Positions 29,831 to 39,474 of a stretch of 63,023 bases of DNA are shown in pieces. Under the pieces are notes generated by a model, which did not search any database, was not told the DNA's origin, and saw only the letters and a program-made list of their open reading frames with translations. The translations under genes and the position numbers were made by a program. Each line of letters begins with the position of its first letter. Position 1 is the first letter of the stretch. Where the stretch lies: positions 1 through 63,023 of the forward strand of contig JBBDRO010000100.1 of the NCBI GenBank assembly GCA_040905425.1. Reading direction: 5' to 3'. The DNA comes from Gemmatimonadota bacterium (GTDB lineage: Bacteria > Gemmatimonadota > Gemmatimonadetes > Longimicrobiales > RSA9).

Positions 29831-29939
29831 GGCGCCGCTCCCCTCACCTGCGGAAAGCGCGCCGGGGCGGAATGCCCACCAGCGCGCGCTGAAACGGGTG
29901 CGTTTGACCAGTTTGCGAAGCTACCGCTACCATCGGGGC

Positions 29940-31697
29940 GTGTCAAAACCCCTGCGTTACGATGCCCTGCTGGCCCGCGACCTGGCCACCGAGCTGGACA
30001 ACCGCCTGCGTGGCGCCGCCGTGGGCGCCGTGGCGCTCGATCGCGACGGCGACCGCCTGGTGCTGCTGGCGCGCGGCACCACGCTGATCTGGGCGCTGGC
30101 GCCGGGCACCGGGTGGGCCATCGCCACCGCCCCGGACGCGGCCGGCGCCGAGCGCATACGCGCCCGCGAGCTGCCCGGGCGGATCCCGCTGGCGTCCGAG
30201 GCTACCATGGCCGGCGTGACGGCGCCTCATGACGAGCGCCGCATGGAGTTCGAGCTGCGTGCCGCGGGGGCACCCGCGCGCATCGTGGTGGAGCTGGCAC
30301 CGAACCGCTGGAACGCCTTCGTGACCGACGCGGCCGGCACCGTGCTGGAGACGCTGCGCCCGCAGCGGGGCACAAGACCGGTGGAGCGCGGCGTCCACTG
30401 GGAGCCCGCGGCCTCCTCGGGACGCGCCGACCCCACCCGCGAAGAGTGGCTGGAAATCCTGGAAGACGTCCCCCCGGCTGAGCGAGCGGGCGCCCTGGTG
30501 CGCGCGGTGGCCCACACGGGGCCCATCAACGCCGCGGCCATCCTGGGCCCGGCCGGCGGCGATCCGGCGCCAGCCGCTAACCCAGGCACCTACGCCAACG
30601 CCGCCGGCAGCACGCCCCCCGACCGCGCCGCACTGGACGCCGATCGCGCCGCGTTACAGGCCGCCTGGGAGCGCTGGCACGCGCTCACCACCGGCCCGCG
30701 CCACCCCGTCCTCCTGCGCACCGAGCGCCTGCAGCCCTACGGCGTCCCCCTCCCGGGCGTGCCCGCCGAGGAGCAGCCCTCCCTCCTGGCGGCCATGCGC
30801 ACCGCGGCCGGAGAGGCCACCGGGCGGAGCACCGCGGAGCTGGTGGCGCGCCGCGACCAGCGCGCGGCCGCGGCGGCGGTCCGCGCCCACGAGCTGGCCG
30901 AGCGGGCGGCGCGGCGCGCGGCCCGACTGGCCGAGGAGCTCGACGGCGCCACCAGCGAGGCGGAGACGCTGCGCGCACAGGCTGACCTCCTGCTGGCGCA
31001 GCTGCACACGGTGCCGCGCGGCGCCGCCCGCGTGGAGCTGGATGATTTCGCGGGCGGCACCGTGAGCGTGGAGCTGGACCCCGCGCGCTCCGCGGCCGAC
31101 AACGCGCAGGCGCTCTACCAGCGGGCGCAGAAGCGGGCGCGGGCTGCGGAACGGCTGCCGCCGCGCCTGGCGCGGGCGCGGGAGGAGGAGGCTCGGTTGC
31201 GCGCGTCGGCAGAGCGGCTGGACGCCGGCCAGGCGGACGAGGCGGAGATCGCCCGCTTCCTGCCGGACCCCGAACGGGCCGGCCGCCGCCAGCGCGGGTC
31301 TGACGAACCCCTGCCCTATCGCCGCTACCGCACCAGCGGCGGCCTGGAAGTGCGCGTGGGCCGCGGTGCCAAGGGCAATGACGCCCTCACCTTCCACCAC
31401 AGCGCCCCCGACGAGGTGTGGCTGCACGCTCGGGACGTGGGCGGCGCCCACGTGGTGCTGCGCTGGAGCGGCCAGGGGAGCCCGCCGCCGCGCGACCTGG
31501 CGGAGGCTGCCGTGCTGGCCGCGCTGCACAGCAAGGCACGCACGTCGGGCACGGTGCCGGTGGACTGGACACGGCGGAAGTACGTCCGGAAGGCGCGCAA
31601 GGCGGCGCCCGGACTGGTGCTGCCCGATCGGGTAAAGACCGTGTTCGTGGAGCCCGACGCGGCGCTGGAGGCGCGGCTGCGGGTGGAGGAGGATTAG
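29940..31697 (+). CDS. Rqc2/FbpA family NFACT protein
   Basis: DERRMEF, ELDP...NAQALY, VGRGAKGND, WLHARDVGGAHVVL; start GTG at 29940. Confidence 0.88.
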   Translation: MSKPLRYDALLARDLATELDNRLRGAAVGAVALDRDGDRLVLLARGTTLIWALAPGTGWAIATAPDAAGAERIRARELPGRIPLASEATMAGVTAPHDERRMEFELRAAGAPARIVVELAPNRWNAFVTDAAGTVLETLRPQRGTRPVERGVHWEPAASSGRADPTREEWLEILEDVPPAERAGALVRAVAHTGPINAAAILGPAGGDPAPAANPGTYANAAGSTPPDRAALDADRAALQAAWERWHALTTGPRHPVLLRTERLQPYGVPLPGVPAEEQPSLLAAMRTAAGEATGRSTAELVARRDQRAAAAAVRAHELAERAARRAARLAEELDGATSEAETLRAQADLLLAQLHTVPRGAARVELDDFAGGTVSVELDPARSAADNAQALYQRAQKRARAAERLPPRLARAREEEARLRASAERLDAGQADEAEIARFLPDPERAGRRQRGSDEPLPYRRYRTSGGLEVRVGRGAKGNDALTFHHSAPDEVWLHARDVGGAHVVLRWSGQGSPPPRDLAEAAVLAALHSKARTSGTVPVDWTRRKYVRKARKAAPGLVLPDRVKTVFVEPDAALEARLRVEED

Positions 31698-31858
31698 TGT
31701 TGTGTAGCCGAATTCCCGTTGCATTCGGCCGCGTCTGCATCCCACCCAGCGTCGTTGCTCGTCGTCGGCATAGCTGCGGCTATGCTCTCCTCCTCGCGCC
31801 TACCTGGGCGGGCGCATCCGCGCCCTCGGTGCTACACGGGAATTCGGCTACACAACAC
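31697..31858. mobile_element. 162-bp MITE/REP-like palindromic element
   Basis: Perfect 23-bp terminal inverted repeats (GTGTTGTGTAGCCGAATTCCCGT at 31697-31719 and its complement at 31836-31858); internal hairpin GCATAGC-tgcg-GCTATGC. Confidence 0.75.
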
Positions 31859-31896
31859 CAGCGAACGTCGCCTGGAAACGCCGTCCGGACCCCGAT

Positions 31897-32718
31897 TTAG
31901 AGCGGCCCGTCCAGCGCCTCCCGGAGCCCACCCAGGAACGCCGAGACAGCCGGCACGCCCCCCCGGTCCAGGGCATCGATGAGGGCGCTGCCCACCACCA
32001 CCCCGTCCGCCACCCGTCCCACCGCGGCGGCGTGCGCGGGCGTGGAGATACCGAAGCCCACCGCCAGCGGCACGTCCGTGACCTCCCGCAGCGCGGCCAG
32101 TTCGGCGGCCAGCTCCTGGCGCACGTCCACGCTGGCCCCCGTCACGCCCAGGCGCGCCACGTAGTAGATGAACCCCTGGGCGCGCCGGGCAATCTCCGTC
32201 ACGCGCGCCGGCGGCGTGGTGGGCGCCACCAGGCGGATGAGCGCCAGCGGGGAGGCTTCCAGCGTTTCCTCCAGCGCGGCGTCACTGCCCACCGGCAGGT
32301 CGGTCACCAGGATGCCCTCCGCACCGGCGGCGGCCGCCGCCTCCACGAAGCGCGCGCCGCCGAAGCGCAGCAGCGGGTTCAGATAGCTGAAGAGCACCAC
32401 CGGCGTCTCGTGATCGGCCCGGAAGTCCCGCAGCATGGCCAGCACGTCCGCCATGCGCACACCGTGCTCGAGGGCACGCTGGGAGGCCCGCTGAATGGTG
32501 GGTCCGTCGGCCACCGGATCGCTGAAGGGCACGCCCAGCTCGATCACGTCCGCGCCCGCCCGCGCCATGGCATCCAGCAGCGCCGGCGTGTCTCCCGGAG
32601 AGGGATAGCCCGCCGTGAGGTACGGGATGAGCGCCCGCCGCCCCGCCGTCCGCCAGGCGGCGAAGCGCGCCGTCAGCGGGTCGGTATCAGGCAAAGTAGT
32701 CGGAGACACGGATGCCAT
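31897..32718 (-). CDS. trpA: tryptophan synthase alpha chain
   Basis: IELGVPFSDPVADGPTIQ, LGVTG, VGFGIS, GVVVGSA. Confidence 0.97.
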   Translation of the reverse strand: MASVSPTTLPDTDPLTARFAAWRTAGRRALIPYLTAGYPSPGDTPALLDAMARAGADVIELGVPFSDPVADGPTIQRASQRALEHGVRMADVLAMLRDFRADHETPVVLFSYLNPLLRFGGARFVEAAAAAGAEGILVTDLPVGSDAALEETLEASPLALIRLVAPTTPPARVTEIARRAQGFIYYVARLGVTGASVDVRQELAAELAALREVTDVPLAVGFGISTPAHAAAVGRVADGVVVGSALIDALDRGGVPAVSAFLGGLREALDGPL

Positions 32719-34126
32719 ACTTCTCGGGGTCGGTGGTCTTCACGATGGAGCGCAGCGGCAGCCCCGTGCCCGGATTGACTTCCGAGAGATCCGCCAGACG
32801 GGGTTCGGCCAGCATCATGCCCATCTCATCGGAGATGATCTTCACGATGGGCTGGTGCAGCCGCTCGGGATCGGGATTCTTGGCGCTCACCAGCGCCAGC
32901 TCGTTGGTGTCCAGGATGCAGAAGGTGCCCACCGGGAAGACTCCCGTCACGTTGATGAGCGCCTTCACCAGCAGCTGATCGTAGCCGCGCCGGGGGTTGT
33001 CCCGCATCTCGCGCATGACCTCGTCGGGCGGCCACGGCTGCGACTGGTAGCTGCGCTTGGACGTGGCGGCGTCGAAGCCGTCCGCAACGTGCACGATGCG
33101 GCTGAAGAGCCTGGGTGTGCGAGGTCGGCTGTTCTTGGGATAGCCCGTCAGATCGATCTTCATATGGTGCTCGTAGGCCATGAGCATGGCCCGCCAGGGC
33201 ACCTCGGTCATGCCCCGCATGGCGAAGAGGGCAAGCAGGCCCTCCGTGGGGTGGCGCTGCATCTCCCGCCACTCGTCATCGTTCAGGCCGCCCGTCTTGT
33301 TCACCACGGCCGGATCGATGCGCATCTTGCCCAGGTCGTGGAACAACGCCCCGAGCCCCAGCTCGTACAGCTTGACCTTGTCCAGACCCAGCTTCTGGCC
33401 GAGCACCACGCTGAAGATGCACACGTTGACGCAGTGGGTGAACGTGTACTCGTCGTAGTCGCGCAGCGTGGTCATGCCGGTGATGGAGTCCTCGTTGTTG
33501 AGGACCTGGTCCACGATGGACTGCACCGAGCGCTTCACCCGCCGCAGGTTCACGGCGCGGCCCAGGCGGATGTCACCCAGCACGTCCCTGGCCACCTGTA
33601 CCGTCTGGAAATACGTACGCTTGGCCGCCTCCTTGGCCACCTGATCCTCGGCCACGTTCTCGTCCGGATCCTCCTCCCGGCCACGCTTGGAGTGCACGGC
33701 CAGGTGGCGGCTCGCGCTGGCCGCCAGCCGATCCCGGAAACGCGCAAATGGATCGTCACGGCCGGGGTCGTCGATGAGCAGCGAGACGAACGGTGCCAGG
33801 TCGGCCTGCTCGATCCCCGGCTGGATCTCGATTCCCCCGATACCATGTTTTTCGAATAATCCGGTTACGTAAGAAAAAGACGCGTAGTCGCTGAGATCCA
33901 GGCGCAGGCGGGCATCGTTCAGGAAGAGGAAGTCACCCACCAGCCGGAGGTCGATGATGCCCTCCTTGTCGAGCAGGCGGACCAGCACCCGGTGCGTTTC
34001 CTTGAGGGTATTCTGGACGGTGGCGTTCTCCAGGGGGTAGATGCGCAGCGCCTGGGCGGACGCGTACAGGGAGGTGATGAGCGCCCGTCCGAGCGGCTGC
34101 AGCAGCGTCTCCTCGGCGGCGCTCAC
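32687..34126 (-). CDS. HD-GYP domain protein (cyclic dinucleotide phosphodiesterase family)
   Basis: DEYTFTHCVNV, FHDLGK, HHMKIDLTGYP, VADGFDA...RSY. Confidence 0.88.
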   Translation of the reverse strand: MSAAEETLLQPLGRALITSLYASAQALRIYPLENATVQNTLKETHRVLVRLLDKEGIIDLRLVGDFLFLNDARLRLDLSDYASFSYVTGLFEKHGIGGIEIQPGIEQADLAPFVSLLIDDPGRDDPFARFRDRLAASASRHLAVHSKRGREEDPDENVAEDQVAKEAAKRTYFQTVQVARDVLGDIRLGRAVNLRRVKRSVQSIVDQVLNNEDSITGMTTLRDYDEYTFTHCVNVCIFSVVLGQKLGLDKVKLYELGLGALFHDLGKMRIDPAVVNKTGGLNDDEWREMQRHPTEGLLALFAMRGMTEVPWRAMLMAYEHHMKIDLTGYPKNSRPRTPRLFSRIVHVADGFDAATSKRSYQSQPWPPDEVMREMRDNPRRGYDQLLVKALINVTGVFPVGTFCILDTNELALVSAKNPDPERLHQPIVKIISDEMGMMLAEPRLADLSEVNPGTGLPLRSIVKTTDPEKYGIRVSDYFA

Positions 34127-36012
34127 TCCTCCACCTCCGCCCGCTCGCCGCGGAGCGCCTTGGCCACGGCGTTGCGCACCATGGGGTTGGTATCGTCCGC
34201 CGCCTTCTGCAGGGACGTGCGCGCGGCCGGCGCGCTCACCCGGCCGAGCGCCATGGCGGCGCAGGCGCGCACGTCCGGAGAGGTCTTGCCGAAGAGCTTC
34301 CGGCCGTTCAGGAGCCGGTCCAGCGTGCTCACGCTGGCGGCATCCGCCACCGTACCGAAGGCCTCGAAGAACGCAATCTTCTCCGTGAGATCCGCGTCCT
34401 TGACCTGCTTGCTGTCGAGCAGCTCCTCCAACCGGCGCCGGGCCGGCTGGTAGCGGAGGGTGGCCAGCCCACGCGCGGCGGCAATGCGCACCTCCCGATC
34501 GGGATCCTCCAGGGCACGCTGAATGCCGTCCAGCGCCACGGACGTGCGGATCCGCACCAGCGCCTCCACCGCGGCCCTGCGCAGGGCCGCTACGGGATCC
34601 AGCAGGCGCTCCACCACGGCCTGGGCGGCGGCCCCCAGCTCCAGGCGCCCCGCCAGCCGCACGGCGCCGAGCACGATCTCGGGCTCCGGCACGCCCACCA
34701 GTTCCACGAGCTGCTCGGGGTGGGAGCGGGCCAGATCCTCCGCCACGCCGCGCAGCCGCTCGCCCACACGGCTCTCCGCGGAACTTTCGCTGGAGCGCAC
34801 GAGGAGGGGCAGCGCCCCCGGGCCCAGGTGGGAGAGGAAGACGGCCAGGTCCTGCCCGCGGAATTCGATGGAGCCCGACTCCAGCGAATCCAGCAGCTGA
34901 CGCAGTACCATGGGCTCGCTCAGCTCGGCATAGAGGCGTTCGGCCTCCGCGCGGCCGGCCTCATCCAGGGCATCGCCCTGCAGGATGGTGTTCAGCTCCA
35001 CCAGGATCATGGAGGCCGACGCCAGATCCCCGCGGCCCAGGAAGGCCGGCAGGATCTGCCGGAGGATGCGCAGAATCTCGATCTGCGTGGACGGCACCGG
35101 ATCTTCGAGTCGATCGAAGAGCGCCAGCAGGACGTCATGGCGGACGTCACGCCGCCACTCCTCGTCCACCTCCGCCGCCAACTCCTGCATCTCCCCCGTG
35201 TCCAGGAAGTAGAGTGTCTCGCTGAAATCGTCCCGCTGGATGGATGCGGCCACCGAAGGGGCTCCCGCGGCCACGGCGGGCGGCGACTCGGCGGGGTCCG
35301 TCTCGGTCCGATCCGCCTCCACGAGCGTCAGATCGATACTCGTGGTCTCGGGGCGCCGCGAGGAGCCGCCGCCCTCCGGCAGCTCCATGCCCTCCTGGAG
35401 GGCGTCCACGTAGGTGTACTCCAGGTGCGCCAGGTCCGCCTCCCAGAGCAGGGTGACCATGTCATCCTCGCTCCGGGGGTCCAGGCTGCGGGCGCTGCTC
35501 ACCACGCCCAGGAACGCTTCCACCTCGTCCTCGAAGCCAGGCTCGAAGGAGAGGTTGCGGATGCCGTCCTTGTAGAAGAGGAACGCCAGGTTGTCGCGAC
35601 CCTCACCGGCGTTCAGTGACGTCTTCCGCCACCGCAGGGTGTCCTCCTCAACGGCAAACTGAAGGGCCGGCAGCCGGTCCCAGAGGCGCGTGGTGGCGCG
35701 GTGGAGGGCCTGGAGGAAGCCGTGCAGGGAGGGGTTGTTGGCCTGGTAGAGGCGGCGCGCGCGGGCGGCCTTCTCCAGCGCGGCCAGAAACTCCTCCACG
35801 TCCTTGCGCAGGGAGGCCTCCTCCATGGCCGTGAGCGGCTCCGCGGCCGTGCCAGAGGCCGACGGCCGGGCGGACCCGTGCGTGGCCTCACCCGCGGTGG
35901 GCGGCGCATCCTTCTCGGGAGGGGGGAGCTCGGCTGTCACGCGCTCGGGGTCTGCGGTCTTCTCGCGCGACGGCCTAAGTGCGCGCCGCGATCTGTTCCA
36001 CGTCCTTGTCAC
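34123..36012 (-). CDS. HEAT-repeat domain protein; start uncertain
   Basis: C-terminal HEAT repeats ([35 protein letters not shown]). Confidence 0.85.
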   Translation of the reverse strand: MTRTWNRSRRALRPSREKTADPERVTAELPPPEKDAPPTAGEATHGSARPSASGTAAEPLTAMEEASLRKDVEEFLAALEKAARARRLYQANNPSLHGFLQALHRATTRLWDRLPALQFAVEEDTLRWRKTSLNAGEGRDNLAFLFYKDGIRNLSFEPGFEDEVEAFLGVVSSARSLDPRSEDDMVTLLWEADLAHLEYTYVDALQEGMELPEGGGSSRRPETTSIDLTLVEADRTETDPAESPPAVAAGAPSVAASIQRDDFSETLYFLDTGEMQELAAEVDEEWRRDVRHDVLLALFDRLEDPVPSTQIEILRILRQILPAFLGRGDLASASMILVELNTILQGDALDEAGRAEAERLYAELSEPMVLRQLLDSLESGSIEFRGQDLAVFLSHLGPGALPLLVRSSESSAESRVGERLRGVAEDLARSHPEQLVELVGVPEPEIVLGAVRLAGRLELGAAAQAVVERLLDPVAALRRAAVEALVRIRTSVALDGIQRALEDPDREVRIAAARGLATLRYQPARRRLEELLDSKQVKDADLTEKIAFFEAFGTVADAASVSTLDRLLNGRKLFGKTSPDVRACAAMALGRVSAPAARTSLQKAADDTNPMVRNAVAKALRGERAEVEE

Positions 36013-37138
36013 CGCGCCCGCTGAGGCAGAGCACTACCGGTCCGCGCTCGGCCCAGGAGGACCCGTCCCGCAGCGCCCAGGCCACGGCGTGTGCGCTCTC
36101 CAGCGCCGCCAGGATCCCCTCGAGTCGGGCCAGCCTGTGCAGCGCCGCGAGGGCTTCGTCATCGGTGGCGCTCACGTACTGCGCGCGCCCGGTCTCCTTC
36201 AGGTGGGCATGCTCCGGACCCACGCCGGGATAGTCCAGCCCCGCGGAGATGGAGTGGGCCGGCGCCACCTGGCCGCCTTCGTCCTGGAGAAGGTAGCTGA
36301 GCGACCCGTGCAGGACACCCGGCGTGCCGCCCGTCAGGGACGCGGCGTGCTGCCCCGAAGCGAGCCCCCGCCCCGCGGCCTCCACACCGATGAGCGCAAC
36401 GTCTGTGTCCGGAACGAAGGCGTGGAAAATACCTATGGCGTTGGAACCACCGCCCACGCAGGCGACCACCGCCGCGGGCAACCGACCCTCCATCTCCTCC
36501 ACCTGCCGCCGCGTCTCGTCCCCGATGACCGCCTGCAGATCCCGCACGAGACGGGGGTAGGGATCGGGGCCTACGGCGGACCCGATAATATAGTGCGTGT
36601 CCGAAACGGTGGCCACCCAGTCCCGCATGGCCTCGTTGGTGGCATCCTTGAGGGTGCGGGTGCCGGAGGACACGGTGCGCACCTCGGCGCCCAGCAGCCG
36701 CATGCGGAAGACGTTCAACGCCTGCCGCCGGGCATCCACCTCCCCCATGTAGACCACGCACTCCATGCCGAACAGCGCCGCGGCCGTGGCGGTGGCCACG
36801 CCGTGCTGCCCCGCGCCGGTCTCCGCGATGATGCGCGTCTTGCCCATGCGCCGGGCCAGCAGGATCTGGCCCAGGCTGTTGTTGATCTTGTGGGCGCCGG
36901 TGTGGTTCAGGTCCTCCCGCTTGAGGTAGAGCGGCGCGCAGCCGGCCTCCGCCTCCAGCCGCCGGGCACGGTACAGCGGAGTGGGCCGGCCCACGTAGTC
37001 CTTGAGGAGGGCGTTCAGCTCCGCCCAGTAGGCGGGGTCCGCCGAGATCTTTCCCCACGCAGCCGCCAGCGCGTCCAGCGCAGCCACGAGCGTCTCGGGC
37101 ACGTAGCGCCCCCCGAAACCGCCGAAACGTCCCGTCAT
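35975..37138 (-). CDS. trpB: tryptophan synthase beta chain
   Basis: [37 protein letters not shown]; start ATG at 37138. Confidence 0.97.
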   Translation of the reverse strand: MTGRFGGFGGRYVPETLVAALDALAAAWGKISADPAYWAELNALLKDYVGRPTPLYRARRLEAEAGCAPLYLKREDLNHTGAHKINNSLGQILLARRMGKTRIIAETGAGQHGVATATAAALFGMECVVYMGEVDARRQALNVFRMRLLGAEVRTVSSGTRTLKDATNEAMRDWVATVSDTHYIIGSAVGPDPYPRLVRDLQAVIGDETRRQVEEMEGRLPAAVVACVGGGSNAIGIFHAFVPDTDVALIGVEAAGRGLASGQHAASLTGGTPGVLHGSLSYLLQDEGGQVAPAHSISAGLDYPGVGPEHAHLKETGRAQYVSATDDEALAALHRLARLEGILAALESAHAVAWALRDGSSWAERGPVVLCLSGRGDKDVEQIAART

Positions 37139-37830
37139 ACGGCTCCCTCTGCATTGGTAAGCGACGTCCCCGCCGAACGCGCTCGCGTCACGAACGCGCG
37201 CATCCGGTCCGGGTCCTTGGCGCACGGCGCGCTCTCCACGCCCGAGCTCACGTCCACCACGTCGGGCGCCACGGCCGCCACGACCGCCGCCACGTTCGCC
37301 GGCGTCAGGCCGCCGGCGGCCACGAACCCCACGCCTGCCGGTAGGCCGTGCCGCACGCCCGCCGCGGCGGTCACCGGAAAGGGGGCGCCCGTGCCCCCCG
37401 CGGCCGCCGGATCGTAGCCGTCCACAAGCAGCGCGGCGGCCACGGCGCCGTAGGCGGCCACGCCCTCCTCGAGCTCCGCGACCGTGCGCGGCCGGAGCGC
37501 CTTCCATACCGCCCAGGGCCCCGCGCCTGCCAGCGCCGCCACCTGCGCCGCCGATTCCGCGCCGTGCAGCTGGAGCACGTCCAGGCGCAGCTCGCGCGCG
37601 GCCTCCAGCACGTCGGCCTCCGGCGCGTCCACGAAGACGCCCACGCGGCGGGCGCCGACCGCGGCGCCGTAGATGGCGGCCGCCTCCTCGAGCGTCCTGG
37701 AGCGGCGGTGGCCAGGGCTCAGGATGACCCCCACGTACGCCGCACCCGCCGCCACCGCCGCGGCGGCATCCGCCGGACGGCAGAGCCCACAGATCTTCAC
37801 CTGGGGGACGGCGGCCATGGGGGTACTCAC
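37135..37830 (-). CDS. trpF: phosphoribosylanthranilate isomerase
   Basis: VKICGL, QLHGAE, GGTG, AGGL, DVSSGVE. Confidence 0.95.
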   Translation of the reverse strand: MSTPMAAVPQVKICGLCRPADAAAAVAAGAAYVGVILSPGHRRSRTLEEAAAIYGAAVGARRVGVFVDAPEADVLEAARELRLDVLQLHGAESAAQVAALAGAGPWAVWKALRPRTVAELEEGVAAYGAVAAALLVDGYDPAAAGGTGAPFPVTAAAGVRHGLPAGVGFVAAGGLTPANVAAVVAAVAPDVVDVSSGVESAPCAKDPDRMRAFVTRARSAGTSLTNAEGAV

Positions 37831-38633
37831 GATGTCACGGGGCGGGGCGCGCGCGGGTGCCCCGTGAGCGCTCCGGCCGCCGCGCCGCCGTCCGCCGCCC
37901 GCACCAGCGATTCGCCCACGAGCACGGCGTCCACACCGGCGGCGCCCAGCCGCGCCACGTCCGCCGCGTCGCGGATGCCGCTCTCCGCCACCAGCAGTGT
38001 GCCCGGGGGCACCGCCTCGGCCAGCCGGATGGAGAGCCCCAGGTCGGTGGTGAAGGTGTCCAGGTCCCGGTTGTTCACCCCCACGAGCTCCGCACCCGCG
38101 CCGAGCGCCCGCTCCAGCTCCGGACCGTCATGGACCTCCACGAGCGCCGCCATGCCCAGCGTGCGCGCAAGGGCGTGCAGCTCGGCCAGTGCGTGGTCCT
38201 CCAGGATGCGCACGATGAGCAGCACGGCGTCGGCGCCCGCGGCGCGCGCCTCGTGCAGCTGCAGCGGCTCGATGATGAAGTCCTTACGCAGCACCGGCAG
38301 CGGCACGGCCGCGCGCACATCGATCAGATCCGCCAGGCCGCCGCCGAAGTACGCCGCGTCCGTGAGCACGCTCACGCATGCCGCCCCCGCGGCAAAGTAG
38401 CGCCGCGCCGTGGCGGCCGGATCCAGCTCCCGCGCCAGCCATCCCGCGGACGGTGACCGGCGCTTGACCTCGGCGATCAGCCGTACCTGTCCACCCGCCC
38501 GTAGTGCACTCGCGAAGTCGCGTGGGGGTCCGGCCGCGGCGGCCGCGGCGCGCAGTTCCGCCGGACGCGCGCGGAGCGCCTCCACTTCCTGCCGCTTGCT
38601 GGCCACGATGCGGTCGAGGATTCCTGACATCAT
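37827..38633 (-). CDS. trpC: indole-3-glycerol phosphate synthase
   Basis: [30 protein letters not shown]. Confidence 0.97.
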   Translation of the reverse strand: MMSGILDRIVASKRQEVEALRARPAELRAAAAAAGPPRDFASALRAGGQVRLIAEVKRRSPSAGWLARELDPAATARRYFAAGAACVSVLTDAAYFGGGLADLIDVRAAVPLPVLRKDFIIEPLQLHEARAAGADAVLLIVRILEDHALAELHALARTLGMAALVEVHDGPELERALGAGAELVGVNNRDLDTFTTDLGLSIRLAEAVPPGTLLVAESGIRDAADVARLGAAGVDAVLVGESLVRAADGGAAAGALTGHPRAPRPVTS

Positions 38634-38635
38634 CC

Positions 38636-38664
38636 TTGCGCTTCGGTTCGTCTTCGGGTACGTT
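38636..38664 (+). promoter_or_regulatory. predicted lexA sigma70 promoter
   Basis: TTGCGC-17 nt-TACGTT, about 70 nt upstream of the lexA ATG. Confidence 0.6.
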
Positions 38665-38684
38665 GGTCTTCGGGAGGTGTTCGG
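38642..38684 (+). promoter_or_regulatory. two candidate LexA operators, TTCGG-N6-TTCGG
   Basis: TTCGG-ttcgtc-TTCGG (38642-38657) and TTCGG-gaggtg-TTCGG (38669-38684). Confidence 0.7.
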
Positions 38685-38734
38685 CCAGGCGCCGGCCTCC
38701 CGTCACGCTGCGTCCCCGTCACGCCGAGGCCATC

Positions 38735-39346
38735 ATGCCGTTGACCAAGCGTCAGAAGGAGATACTCGACTTCCTCGAGGGCTTCCTCGAGGACAACGGG
38801 TACCCCCCCAGCTTCGAGGAGATCGCCGGCCACTTCGGCTACACCTCGCTGGCCACCGTGCACGAGCACCTGGAAAATCTGCGCCGCAAGGGCTACATCC
38901 GGAAGAGCTACAACGCCAGCCGGTCCATCGAGCTGGTGCCCACCGAGATGCACATCGCGGCCGTGGAGCTCCCCCTGCTCGGGCTGGTCGCGGCCGGCGC
39001 GCCCATCGAGGCGGTCGAGCAGCAGGAGAGCGTGGCGGTTCCGGAGGACATGCTGGGACGGGGCGGCCGCCACTACGTCCTCCGCGTCACCGGCAACTCC
39101 ATGATCGACGAGCAGATCCGGGACGGTGACTACATCATCGTGGATTCCCGCAACACCGCCGACAACGGTGAGATGGTCGTTGCTCTGGTGGAGGGGGACT
39201 CGGCCACCGTCAAGAAGTTCTACCGGGAGGGTGACGGGCGTATTCGTCTGCAGCCCGCCAACACCACCATGGAGCCCATGTACTTCCCCTCGCACGACGT
39301 CACCGTGCAGGGGATCGTGGTGGGCGTGATCCGGAGGTACGGATGA
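38735..39346 (+). CDS. lexA: SOS repressor LexA
   Basis: LTKRQKEIL, GYPPS, VAAG cleavage site, GNSM (catalytic Ser), ATVKK (catalytic Lys). Confidence 0.96.
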   Translation: MPLTKRQKEILDFLEGFLEDNGYPPSFEEIAGHFGYTSLATVHEHLENLRRKGYIRKSYNASRSIELVPTEMHIAAVELPLLGLVAAGAPIEAVEQQESVAVPEDMLGRGGRHYVLRVTGNSMIDEQIRDGDYIIVDSRNTADNGEMVVALVEGDSATVKKFYREGDGRIRLQPANTTMEPMYFPSHDVTVQGIVVGVIRRYG

Positions 39347-39474
39347 ACCTGTCCACGAAGCGCTGCTTTCTGGTGGGACGCCTCGAGCGAGGCGGGCGTG
39401 TGGTCGTGCTGCGGCCCTCCGAGCCCGCGCTGGCCGGTCCCTGGACGGTACGCGCGGTGGTAGCGCGGGCGTGA
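39343..39474 (+). CDS. putative 43-aa small protein coupled to lexA
   Basis: ATGA overlap with the lexA stop, GGAGG 5 nt upstream, stop codon abuts the trpD stop. Confidence 0.4.
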   Translation: MNLSTKRCFLVGRLERGGRVVVLRPSEPALAGPWTVRAVVARA

